Shown here in pieces: positions 1 to 11,800 of a stretch of DNA of 64,000 nt; position 1 is the first letter of the stretch; the number at the start of each line of letters is the position of its first letter. Under the pieces are notes generated by a model. It was not told where the DNA came from and did no database searches. It saw only the letters and a list, made by a program, of their open reading frames with translations. The stretch is taken from positions 4,154,001 to 4,218,000 of the forward strand of contig CM060733.1 in the NCBI GenBank assembly GCA_030704615.1, written 5' to 3'. This DNA is from Takakia lepidozioides. Taxonomy: Eukaryota > Plantae > Bryophyta. The translations under genes were made by a program, and so were the position numbers.

Positions 1-635
1 GGATGCCAGGTCAAGCAGGGGAGCATTCACATGGTCACTGCTGAATTCATGTGATCCGTGCGACTCTGCTTTGGAACTGGATCATTAGGTTTGGGGAAAG
101 CATGCAGCCGGGAATTCCAACCCTAATGGGCATTCGAGACTTAGTGGAAGAAGCTGGTGGTGCACGATTGATGTACTTGATATCAATCCAGCTTGCTGAA
201 AATTTTAATGGCACGACTTTTAAAGCAGCAAGAGATGAGATAAATGATTGGAAATAGGTTTCTTGTTATCGGCGCGATGGAGTCGATTCGGAGTACTTTC
301 TATTTCGCGTTGCGCTCATCTAATGTTGATTCTTGAGTCGATGTCTCTGGAAAGAGAGATGCGACCATCGTGACAGCGCAATGCAGCGAGACCCTAATTT
401 ATGTGTCTTTTTGGTGCTCCCCTGGCTCAGGACCTCGCTCGGTCACACACTCTCCCCAGGCCCCCAGCCTCTTTCTGTCTTCGAAATTTGACCTCGTTTT
501 GCATTTCTGTTCTCGTCCTGTATTCGCAGCGAATACACAAACACAATTTCCAACACTGACAAGGCAGCCCGACATCTGCTGGTGTAAACTGTCTGGCCTT
601 CTTACTCGACACAACCTAGCCAATTTAGATTTGCA

Positions 636-3600
636 ATGGATTGTCAGACCAACAAGGCACCCTCCAAAAAAGCCCCACAACTTCCACTGAAGCTGGAGCC
701 TTGGGGTGATGGCGACGATGGGGGAGGGGAACCATTTCCTCACGTGGCAGGCGCTAGTGGGGAGAGGTGGGCTTCGCCAGATGACAGGTGCGTATCAGGT
801 GGGGATGGGCCAGAATCTCCAAGGGCACGAACACCGATAGGCACTAAGAAAATGGTTATCGCAGTGCGAGACAAAGAGTCATTGTTGGAGGAAATTATTG
901 ATTTAAAACGGGGCATTTCAGACCAGGCCTATCATCTCAAGCTCCACAAGGTCCATGCAGCTGCTGTTCAATTGCAAAACAGGTCCCTTTCTCTTTGCTT
1001 TTACCCTGCAATCTTTGGTAATATGTATCTCCTTCTCTGTTGCCTCCCTTTGTTCACCCACTGCTGAATGTGTTCAAATTAGAACACTATTGGTTGACTG
1101 ATCCCACAATGAGGCTTTGGTTCGATATAGTTCCATCTTTGTGCTGCTTGCATGTCCATTGTGGCTCATCCCTGTCACGTTCATCGTGGCTGACCTCTGT
1201 GTTGTTGTATCTCATCCCTTTTGTGATTTCGTGGCTCACCTCTGTGTTACTATACTTCATTTCAGCACGCTTTTGGCCACTTTTTGGCAAAGGTCTAGAC
1301 GTAATAAACGCAGTATGCATCCTTACTACCACTTTAAATGCATTAGCTCTCAACCACTTTTGGATGCAAGTTCAGTTTCCCGGTCAGGCTATACATCCTT
1401 GTCTAAACTGAACAACTTCATCATGGCCATGTTGATGATTGATTAAAATGAATTCGACTATGAGGACAACTTTTCCAGCATAATTGCCTAACTGCAGGAA
1501 ATTGGAGAAAGACATTGAGGATCTGGAGATGCAGGGAAGCTTAGAAGCTCCACGAACTGGAGGCCCTTCACGTTTGCGGGCAAAGCTACAAGGCTTGTGC
1601 CTTTCTTGTCCTTATGAAAATTCAACTAAAGAACATACCACAGCACACAGTTTACAAACCTATATGCACTTCATCACCTTCAGTTGCTTGGTGTGTGTGA
1701 AAATGTCACCTTGACTTTCAACTTGTAGTACTCTTCCCTACACCTTTCTTTTGCACTATGAATTGGAAGAAGGGAGGTAACATGTCCATCTCACTTGTAA
1801 CATGCACTACAGAATTTTCTAGTAATGCATGTCTCATGGAGACCTCTGTACTGTTCATGGAGGTGTAGCTTCTATGTTTGGACCTCATGAATGTCAAACA
1901 CCTGGTGGATGATGCCAGACTGCTTTCCAGTGGACATTTTGTCGGTCAGCTTTTACTGCAGACTGGCTCCAAATAGAAGAGTTCGAAAACAAAACAAAGA
2001 ATCAATGACCTTCAAGTATGTGTGGATCTCAAATATTTTATGTCTATGGAGGCTGATCAGATCATGCCTGATACCCATCATCACCACACCAAAACCCAAA
2101 ATCGTTATGGGGACCCTGATTTAAATTCCGGGAGATCTTGAGGATCGTGTGGTATGATTGTGCAAAGCCCACGGTCTGTTGCTGACTCCAAAGACTAGCT
2201 TGCAGCACTGTGATAAGTTCATCAAGAGCTCATTGGTAGTGTGTTTGGTTTTGACTGCTACTACAGATTTTGTAGCTAGTACAACCGAATAGAGAACTTG
2301 AAAACATGATTGGATGGTTGCTCTGTTATCCCTGGAGATCATGCACACATACGTTTGGAGTAAGGTGAAACAAGGGTGATTAACAATTCAGGTCGGCTTG
2401 CAGGTCTGAAGGGGCGGTTATATGACATGCAAAACACCAGTGACAACCAAAACGATGAACTCAATTTGCTTCGTAGAGATATCCGTGTGACTCGTTGTCG
2501 TGTAAGACCTCGAGTTGGAAATTTACATCCCATTTGTTTAGCTGTTTGTACTGATTGGTTAGTGATAAAGAGGATTTGCTATTGTTCTATCATGTTGCTG
2601 TATCTACCACCATGTTCATTCTAAACAAGATAACTATCACTTCCCTTAACCCAGACAGCTGGAATAATTCATGACAGAGTATAGCCCACCTCTGATAGTG
2701 GCAGTACCCACAAGGGAAAGTGGTTCTCATTTACACTGGCTTTGGCCAAGTCCTCTCTCTCAGACCGAGTATATAGGCATTTTCCTTGGATTGAACTGAA
2801 CAATTTCTCTTCGGAATTTAGGTCTTGCCTTCTAAATGAGGGTCCAGACGGCATGTAGTGGTGACATCTTGGATGCACACTTGGATTGAGCTCCGCTTGA
2901 TAGACTGATCAGGGTCTCCTTCTGTCAATAAGGAATTCACTCACAAAAATCGTTTTGGGCTTGCTGCGCTTTGTTCCGAGACTCTCTTCATTGCTTTTGT
3001 AAAGCACAAGGGGAAATGGCTCTCCTTTACACTGCCTTTGGCTGAGTCCTGTCTCTCAGACAGATTATTAAGGCATTTCCGAACTGACAATTTCTCTTCG
3101 GAATTTTGGTCTTGCCTTCGAAGTGAGGGTCCAGACAGCGTTTGGTGGTGACGTCTTGGATGTACACTTGGATTGAGCTCTGCTTGATAGACTGATCAGG
3201 GTCTCCTTCTTTCAATAACGAATTCATTCACATATCAAATTTTGTTCTCTGGGCTTTCTGCACTTTGTTCCTAGACTCTCTTCATTGCTTTTGGAAAATT
3301 TCAGTACTGTTGCAGACTTCGAACAAGAATGTACTTGTAAGAGTTAGGGTAAGAATGGAACTTGAGGGGATGCTGTCATGGTGGAAGGGGCAACTTTGCA
3401 TGAAGAAGCTGTTTTCCTAAGTGGGATTTGTGCAATGCAGGTATTTGAGATAAAGGTGAGAAAGCCCATGGACTGTCAGTAATACCTAGTTGAATCCTTG
3501 GTACAGGAGATAGAAATTGAGAGAGATGTGTTTGCGGGAGAAATAGGGAGGCTGCAGAAAGTGGTGAGGCGATTACGAGCCTTGTACAACCGTCTAGGCT

Positions 3601-5385
3601 GTGAAAACAGGGAGCTTGGCCGCATACGAGAAAAGATATCTCGCTTGGAGTGCACCAACCAACGTCTTGAAAGTTGTATCTCTGTAAGATTCATCTGTCC
3701 TGAAATCTTGGGATTCCTAGCTGCAATGCTCACATTGACTGCCTTGTGAATTCCAAATCGACAGAAGTGGACTTATAGTGAGTCAAGGTGTACTCTCCTT
3801 TTAAGGTTATTTTGGCATTGAGTTATGTGCACCACTGTGTACTTTCTGAAGTGTTTGATTGGTTGTGGAGCAAGTGAACATTTCATTCTTTCTTAAGGCA
3901 TGGCAACACTTGCTCAATCAAAGTAAGCGCCATATGCAGGTGATACATGAAACGCTGGAGAAATCAAACCGTGAAATAGTAGCCTTTCGGAGCAAAGCTG
4001 GTGAGTCATCGCTGGAAGCCAAGAAACATGCCAAGAAGCTCAAGGAACTTGAAGAGCATTCCAATCTTCTTGAAGGCCTGCTGGAGAGGGAGCTGCGTGA
4101 GAAGCGACGAATGGAGAAAAGAATACAATTTTTAGAGGCAGAGGTAAGGAGACTAGAGCAAGAGAAAGCACTTGCAAAGCAAAGAGCAGCCCTTGCTGGA
4201 GCTGCTGCCAGAGTGAAAAAACCTAAGAAGAAAGGCAAACGGGACAAGGACAAAAAGGAAGAGGACAAAGGGGGTGAAGGGGAGAAAGATGGTGCTTCAT
4301 CCATTGGCTCTGATGCTGATGCGGATGCTGATTCTGATGGTGTGACAGAGGCCCAAGAACTGTTCCTTAAGAGAGTGGAGACAGCAGCGGATCAATTCGT
4401 GGTGTCTGTGCCTGCATCACGGCCTTCGTCACCTAAGAGTGCGGAAGAAAAAGAGGAATCACATTCAGTATTTGAAAGTCGGAAAGGATCTTTCACGGGC
4501 AAAGTTGAGGATGCAGAAATAAAGTTTCTTCAAGCTATGGAAGAGTTGGAGTATGGTTCTGCCCATACCTCAGGTTCAAAGAAAGCATCACAATTGGCTG
4601 ATGAACAAGCAGCAAAGCTTGCTGCAGAAGAAGCACAGCGAAAGGCTGAAGAAGGAAGACTAGCTGCAGAAGAAGCGAAGCGAGCATCAGAACTGGAAGC
4701 ACAGCGACTTGCTGATGAAGCAAGAAAAGCTCAAGAGGAAGCAGCACGTTTGGCTGCCGAACTTGCTGCCCCGCTGGGAGATATGGGACCTGATGGGAAA
4801 AGATGGAAGACTGAACAGATGACAATTTTGATAGGTGATGACGTGCTCGTCACCGATGACTACTCAGCTTCAGTGCAAGATAAGGGTGAAATTGACATCA
4901 GAGTACAAATTAAGAGCCCCACAAGTGTGGATGCAGCAAAGAAGAAGGCTGCAGAAGATGCCTTTGCGGAAGCTAGACGCAAAGCTGATGAAGAAGCTAA
5001 GAGAAAGACTGACCAGGAAGCTGCAGAGAGAAGGAGGCTTGATGAGGAAGAAGCCAAAAAGAGAGCAGATGAAGCAGCCCGCAGAAAGATGTCTTTTGAT
5101 GAGCACAGAAGAAAGATGGCTGCAGACCTGGAAGAAGCGCAGAGAAAAGCTGCAGAGGAGGAAGCAAAGAGAAAGGCTGCTGACGAGGCAGCGGGTGGAT
5201 TCTTTGATCCTAGCATGCAAGGACTCATCAAGTCAAACATCAAGGAGGTATTGGGACATTTGGAAAATATTCAAGAGGTTATAACGGCCAAGGCAGAAGG
5301 GGAAGAGGGTCAGACCAGTGGCACTGCCTCCGGGGCGGAACCAGCGCAGGCAGCAAAGGACGTCTTGAAGAAGTTGGGTGACTGA
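636..5385 (+). CDS. IQCE/lebercilin-like ciliary coiled-coil protein, spliced (exons ~636-982, 1498-1592, 2392-2501, 3507-3683, 3940-5385)
   Basis: Exons join in frame at GT-AG sites plus one probable GC-AG. The peptides 'RDKESLLEEIIDLKR...RKLEKDIEDL' and 'LAGLKGRLYDM...LRRDIRVTRCREIEIERDVFAGEIGRLQ' resemble the IQCE N-terminal coiled coil as I recall it. The last exon is long and E/A/K/R-rich. The start codon is uncertain. Confidence 0.65.
2709..3293. repeat. Tandem duplication of ~295 bp inside an intron
   Basis: 2709-2999 and 3006-3293 align throughout, sharing for example 'gatagactgatcagggtctccttct' and 'agactctcttcattgcttttg'. Confidence 0.9.
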
Positions 5386-7117
5386 TGGACACTGGGGACT
5401 ATTTGAGAGCCATACTGATTCCTGAGATCTGTCTGTGGGTCTGTGGGTTGGGGTTGTCGTTGGGTGGAGATAGCTGCAGCAAGGCTCCCAGTTATCCAGG
5501 TTAGAGAACACATCTGGGAGATGTTTTCTATGATCGTCCTGCAGAACCGGCATGGCAGGTAGAAAAGCATTTCCTTCCATTTCCAAAATGCTTCTTGAAC
5601 TTTTGAGGCTCCTTTTGTGGATATGTCGGGCAACGCGGCAAATAATTGGGGTTTAGGAGCGGAATTAGCAGGAGACACACAGACTTTAAGCTTTCTCAAT
5701 TGGCTCCAAGGTTGAACCTTGCTCTTGGCATCCAAAGATTGCATACAGATTTTCTAAATCATTGTTCTAATCACTGTATGTATAAGTCACTTGTGTGCCC
5801 ACTTGCCTTGTAGTTGCACTTCTTCATCTGGTCTCAGTCACTAGTATCATGTTTGATGTGAGCCATTGTTCACTAATTTTGAGTAAAGGAGTACTCATTT
5901 CCTCTCTTGCCCATTCGGGACCATAGATAAATGATCAGTTATTACTGTGTCATACACAGTAAGAGCTTGGCATTGTGCAGACATCCCTGAGCACCAATTC
6001 ATGTGCCTTCAAGTTCACGCCAAACACCCTCCTGCATGTTAGTTAAAGAAAAGTACAATTAGGTTTAAAGGAATTCATTGATCCTCACTTGCTTCAAGAT
6101 CAACAGACGTTCTACAGAGTTTGTGGTACTCCTGGGGCAAGAAGATAGATAACTTGTGGGGATTTTCAGGGCTGTGTGATTGTTCTACCACCTAGGACAT
6201 GTTGTAACCAGGTGGAGTGATGAGTCTACTGAAACTGACATTCCAGCAGCTCGAGCTTCAAATGACATTCCAAACAAACATCTACTTGTGCATCAACATG
6301 GTAAGAATATCTCCTCCGAGCAGACTGTTACTGTGGCAGTTGAATTTTATGGCCGCGAAGGCCGGGTTCGAGACCCTCCCCCTCCCCACACCCTGCAGAA
6401 GGTGGGATCGAAGAGCAAGAATAGTAAGCTCGAGTTTCAGAATATGAGTAGATAACAATACAGCTGCTAGGAATCATGTGTGCATCCTAGCTTTTATAAG
6501 ATCTTGTGTTCATGTTTACCGAAAGGACAAGAGCACAGTACAACAGGTTATATCTTCCCCGAGGTTTACGGTTAAGCGTTGATGACTCTCACTTGAATGT
6601 CTCATGGAGTGCATCTATAGAGTCCAAGGATAGTGATATTCTGCACCTCTTGGCTTCTTGATAGAAACCTCGGAATTGCTTGCTCTGGCTCACATAAGGG
6701 TGGTGCTGCAGTAGTCAGTGTACATTGCATGAACTTCCTGCTGATAGGTTTTGCACATTTTCCATGAGTAAGAATCCACAAGGAATCTGTATAGTGCTGA
6801 TCCATCACTTTGGTGCCGACAATGTTGAGCACTAGTCCAGTGTCAGATTCTCTCTGATATCCTCCAAATGCTGGCCCAATGTTTGTCAAGTAATCTGCTG
6901 GATAAGTCTTTCGGTCCATTCCAGAAAGTGGTTCCAATCAGCTGATGAGCTGACATTGTTCAAGCTTTTCAATTTGCAATCGTGCACTTCCTCCAAATCC
7001 GCAGCCATCCCTTGAGTTCTTCTGACATAGTCTTCCTCCCTGCTGATTCGAGTTCCACAACAATCTCTTGTGTGCTCATCGCTCATGCATTTTTAGACCT
7101 TGCACCTCCACGGCCTG

Positions 7118-7849
7118 TCAGTGAGGGGCCAATATGCTTATCTTAATGGTAATTTCACTACCGTTGTCTTCAGTGAGGTACTCGTTGCTTGCAAGCGGTT
7201 TACCACCGACCATAATTGTAAGATTCTCCTTTTGCCATCTTTTCCCAGCAGCCTTTCTATTCTCCGAGTCCCTGGCTTTCAAAGACTCAAGCTCGGCAGT
7301 CAGTCTCTTTGATTCTTCCGAAGCTCGCATTGCCTCCTCCACGAGTTTCTTTGCTTGAGCCTCTGCAACTAGCCGACCTTCGTCCGCAGCTTTCTTTGCT
7401 ACTTCTGCAACTCGGGTTTTATCCACTGCAGCTTCTTTTGCTTCTTGCTCCTTGCGGACTTGTCGATTTGCTTTGGATGACTTTACACCTTCCAAATCTA
7501 GTTTTGGTACTACAGGCTTGACTGTGCTTCCTTGCACACTCGATCCTCCCTCCAGTTCTTGCATAGTGTGAATGAAATCTGCTTCTGCTTCCTGGACTTT
7601 CCCTGTAAACGACTTCCTATGAGACTCGAATAATTTGTGGGATTCGTCATCCGGTCTGACCTCGACCTTCTTCCCTTTGTCAGCTGTTGAGGCGCCAGAC
7701 TTCAGGGCGGGCATAGCATCCACAAATTTCTCAGTTGCTGAACTCACTTTTTCAAGATATTCTTGTTGGGCTTCTTCTACATCGGATTTGGGGGAGTTCG
7801 CTTTAGAACCTCCTTTGCCAGCTGACTGGGAATTGGTAGAACGGTCCAT
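7118..7849 (-). CDS. Intronless partial paralog of the last exon of the 636-5385 gene, possibly truncated or decaying
   Basis: 'EEAQQEYLEKVSSATEKFV', 'ESHKLFESHRKSFTGKVQEAEADF' and 'GKRWQKENLTIMVG' match 'TEAQELFLKRVETAADQFV', 'ESHSVFESRKGSFTGKVEDAEIKF' and 'GKRWKTEQMTILIG'. Homology continues past the stop ('MAADLEE' in ORF 6886-7086). Confidence 0.7.
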   Translation of the reverse strand: MDRSTNSQSAGKGGSKANSPKSDVEEAQQEYLEKVSSATEKFVDAMPALKSGASTADKGKKVEVRPDDESHKLFESHRKSFTGKVQEAEADFIHTMQELEGGSSVQGSTVKPVVPKLDLEGVKSSKANRQVRKEQEAKEAAVDKTRVAEVAKKAADEGRLVAEAQAKKLVEEAMRASEESKRLTAELESLKARDSENRKAAGKRWQKENLTIMVGGKPLASNEYLTEDNGSEITIKISILAPH

Positions 7850-8892
7850 TAAGTTGATGGGCGCTATCTATTCCATTGAGCTATAGCAGCCACAGGCTTT
7901 TTACCCGCCTGCGCCATTGAATCAATTTAGCTTCTTATTTCATCACTATATGAATCTTCTATCTTCACAATCATCCCTAAGGAGAAGAGAGCCCCTCATA
8001 AAACGAATCTCACAACCAATCGACATGAAGAAGAGACACTGGGTTACAAAATCTGGGCCCCACTATCAGAGGTCGTCGCCAGGCGCTGTTCATCCTCCCT
8101 GATGAAAGAAAGGGGATTGAGGAATATTAGTTGCTTCGCTTCACATATCTCACATATGCTAGAGCTCCGTTCAAAAGGAAAATCAGAAGCAGACCCCAAA
8201 AGACCGGTCGAGCAGTGAAACTTCGCCACCTACTCTGACTCGTCCATCCTCCCTTGCATCTCCACCATTTGAAACTGGAGAGAGACAAAGAGAGCAATGG
8301 CTCCATGTCACCCTTGGAAAAGGGTGGGTGGATTTGTACGAAATCTCTCCCTAGTCTCCAGTTCCCTCGAGTTATTGCAAGTTTAGAACTGTGCAAATTG
8401 ACACCAATCTGAATGATGGAAGTATTTCTTGAGAGGATAAGAGGGCGCCAGCATGTCCACCAAAAGCAGCCCCACATGCAGCAGCAATGGAGATAAGTCA
8501 ACAAGAGAAAAGAACAAAAGTTATCACTAGTGCACACACTCATTCTTGTATACACAAAGAAGCTTAGAAGGAAAGGAAAGCAAAGAGAGATAAACTGGTA
8601 GACTGATAGGTAGGGAGACAAGGTGTGAGGGAGGCCACGGGACTCGGCAGGACACACACATACAGAATTCCTAACCAGGAAAAAGGAAAAGAGAAGTAGA
8701 GGACGGGAGGGGCCGAAGGATGAATGCGGAGTGTGTCAAGTGTCAACGTCCAGTAACCGTCACTGTCATGCTGTGTGTGAAAGTTCCTGCAGACCCCACT
8801 TTCCCTTGTTCTTTTGTACTTCTGGATCATCACAGATTGCTCCTTGCCTGCTTAAAAGTGCTCTGCTTTCGTCTTTCTCTGTGGTCTGAGTC

Positions 8893-11800
8893 ATGGAGAA
8901 TATTGAGGGAGGGCCGGAGTGGATGACGGATGCAGTGGCAAGGTTCCTACAAAGTCCAGTGTATTCTGTGCCTCTGCTGGATTTCATTGACGAGAATTGC
9001 AGCATGTTTGAGGACTGTGAAGAGAATAAACTAGAGTACACCATTGTGCGCCCCTCATCATTTTACCATTTCTATTCAAAACCGTGAGAAGGAACTAGAA
9101 AGAAAGAGAAAGTGGAGAAAGAGATAGACAGAGATACACTCACTGCGTCCCGCGGCTGGCCCAGAGCCCAGTGACGTTATACAGTTTCACGAGTTCCACG
9201 AGTATTTTCTGTGTACTTGATTGATCGATGATAAGAACGCTGGTCTTCCATTCTCGACTACACATCCTTGTTAAGGACATAGTGAGAGATGCAGAAGAAT
9301 TATTTTACGTCCAAGGAAGATCAGATATGGTCTATGGGACGCCTCACCCAGTAGGACCTGCTTGTATGTCAGGAAATCTCAGGCCTTGGCCGGAGACAGC
9401 TCACCGTGCAAAGGAGACATGTATAAAGGAACGTTTATGACGTCCATAGGTAGCCCAGAGAGCTTACGGACAAAGAACAGAGACAATCGTATTGCAATTC
9501 TCACAGTTGTAACTTCAATGTTTGATTTGTTAGCCGATGCATTGCCTCCCCGGGAAAGAGTAAAGCTTCCTGGAGAGTAATAATCTTCGTATGGACATGT
9601 TGGCACAGCTCTTCTTCCACAGGTAGCTGCGCCTCATTTGAAATTTAACTTGTCTCCTAAGTTGAATCCAAACATGAACGCGACAGTATGTGGCAAGATT
9701 GGTTCAGATGGAGAATATATGTACTGATGTTCAGGTGCACGAGAATTTCAAGCAGCTGGTGGACGGACTGATCTGCGACTTTTTGACGAATCTGGGGGTT
9801 CCTGTGCAACACTTCGTTCAAATGCTGGCCACGTACTATCTCTGCTACACCCTCCTATCAACTTCATCTCGCACAGCTAGTACTGTCAAGCAGTCCTTTA
9901 TCTTTAAGTACTGTATATTGCTGAGTCGAGGAAATCCTCAACGCAATCTGGATGATTTGCTGCAAGGTATGTAGCTTTCCTTCAGAACTCATGTGCTGGG
10001 TATGCAGAACTGAAAAACGAGAACAGATCTAAGGTGGTCGTCCGTCGGAATCGGAAAGCATTGGGAGCGGCTAATTTGTCCATCATGCTTTCTCGCTAGA
10101 AGTCGAACGATCACTGTTGCGCAAGCACGTGACCTTGTCAGTGGCGGATTCTGCCGGTCCCTTTCTTCTTCCGTTCTGTGGTTCTTTCTGAGAATTTCAA
10201 GCATGTTTACCTTAAAGCCACCAGAATGGTAGTTGTTTTACTGAATCTTGGTGTCCTGTTGGTGTTGTGCTCTTGGTTGCAATTGCAGTCAAATGCAAGA
10301 GTCGCTGCACAGTATTGTGGTGACATCCATTCTTACGGTGGATGACTTTCTTCTCTTCAAGGTAATACTAGCGAAGCTCATGCGGGCTTTATCCTTTCCC
10401 AAGTTAGTAGACCTTTTAGTTATCGAAAGGGTGATTGTATGTTCAAAGGCAAGCCTTGTGAACATAGGTTCGGCTCTGTGACAAGATCTGACTTTTTCAA
10501 CATGATTTTTACAAGGGCAGGAGCCAGAACGTGATCGCACATTGCACTGTCATTCCGCATCTTTGACATATATCGAGCTAGATATTAAGCATCCCCGCAT
10601 CAACCCAACTTCGTTGATCCAAAAGATTTTAAAGAGATGACGGGTATCCTTCCGTGTGTCAGTTTTTATGTTGTGGGTGTGAGGGCGCATTTGCATCCAT
10701 ATGTCCCTATGTAACTTCCAATCGAAACCAGGCATCAAGGAAGTGTTGGATTCTTTGTTCAAGAAAGTCAGATTGCAAATCTTAAGTTCCCGAGAGATCA
10801 TTGGAAGTAGCCGGTTTGGTGCTGATGAGCCCTAAAGACTGAAGACTGGATAGATAACTGCAGACCTGCAACTTAGAAAAGTGGAAATGAATGCAGGACA
10901 TGATGATAAAGCGGAATAGTCAGCTGCTGAATCAAGTGCTGACTATGGAGCAAATGTCCGAAAACAATCAGGAATGTGACCTCATGGCCGATGGGTCCAG
11001 GCGTTACGATGTTGTCACCAGGGCCAATGACATGCAACTGAATACGCTCATCTGCATGTCACGGGATCAGTTTGAAGTTCAGTCCAACCTACAGAAGGGT
11101 AACATTTCCTCCTCATTTCTGTATCTTGACTCCCTCCTTCAGTAGTCTATAAAGTATTACAAGCTGGAGGAGGTTTGACGCGTTTGAGATGATAACCCGT
11201 CCTTCTTAACCAGCCCGAAGCTTGTGTCATCTTTGTATTCGAATCACAATAGGCACCAATTTATTCTTACAGCTCAGAACCACTTCATGCTTGGATTCTG
11301 CATAACTCATGTCCGTCTCATTTTGCACTGGAGGTGGTGCATCATGCATGTGTTCATTTATGCAGGCGGGTAGGAGTAGAAGGGTGCATTTTGCATGGAA
11401 GCTGACAATACATTTGCAATGTGATGGTGATGCATTTGACAGTGATAAAGCTTGCTCAGCAGAGTGACATGGAAACAGCTATTTCCCTTTCGCTGCTTTC
11501 AGTTGAACAGCAGGAAAAGGTTGTTGTTTCCACTTTAAATTGGTGAATTCACTCTTGCTAAGGAGAAGTCAAGATGTGGGTTTGTACATATTGGAGAATT
11601 ACGGAAAGACCTGAAGATGTGGATTAAGAATGATTTTTTAAGTAGTATGGTGAATGTATGAAAGCTACTTGAACCGTCAGTCATACTAGCTGAAGCATGA
11701 AAGGGTGGTCTGAGTACATGCAGGTTAAAGCTGTGGAGAATGCCACGATCGAGCATGCCCTTAGCCTGTATGTGTGTTTTAGGCAATATTGATGCTTTCT

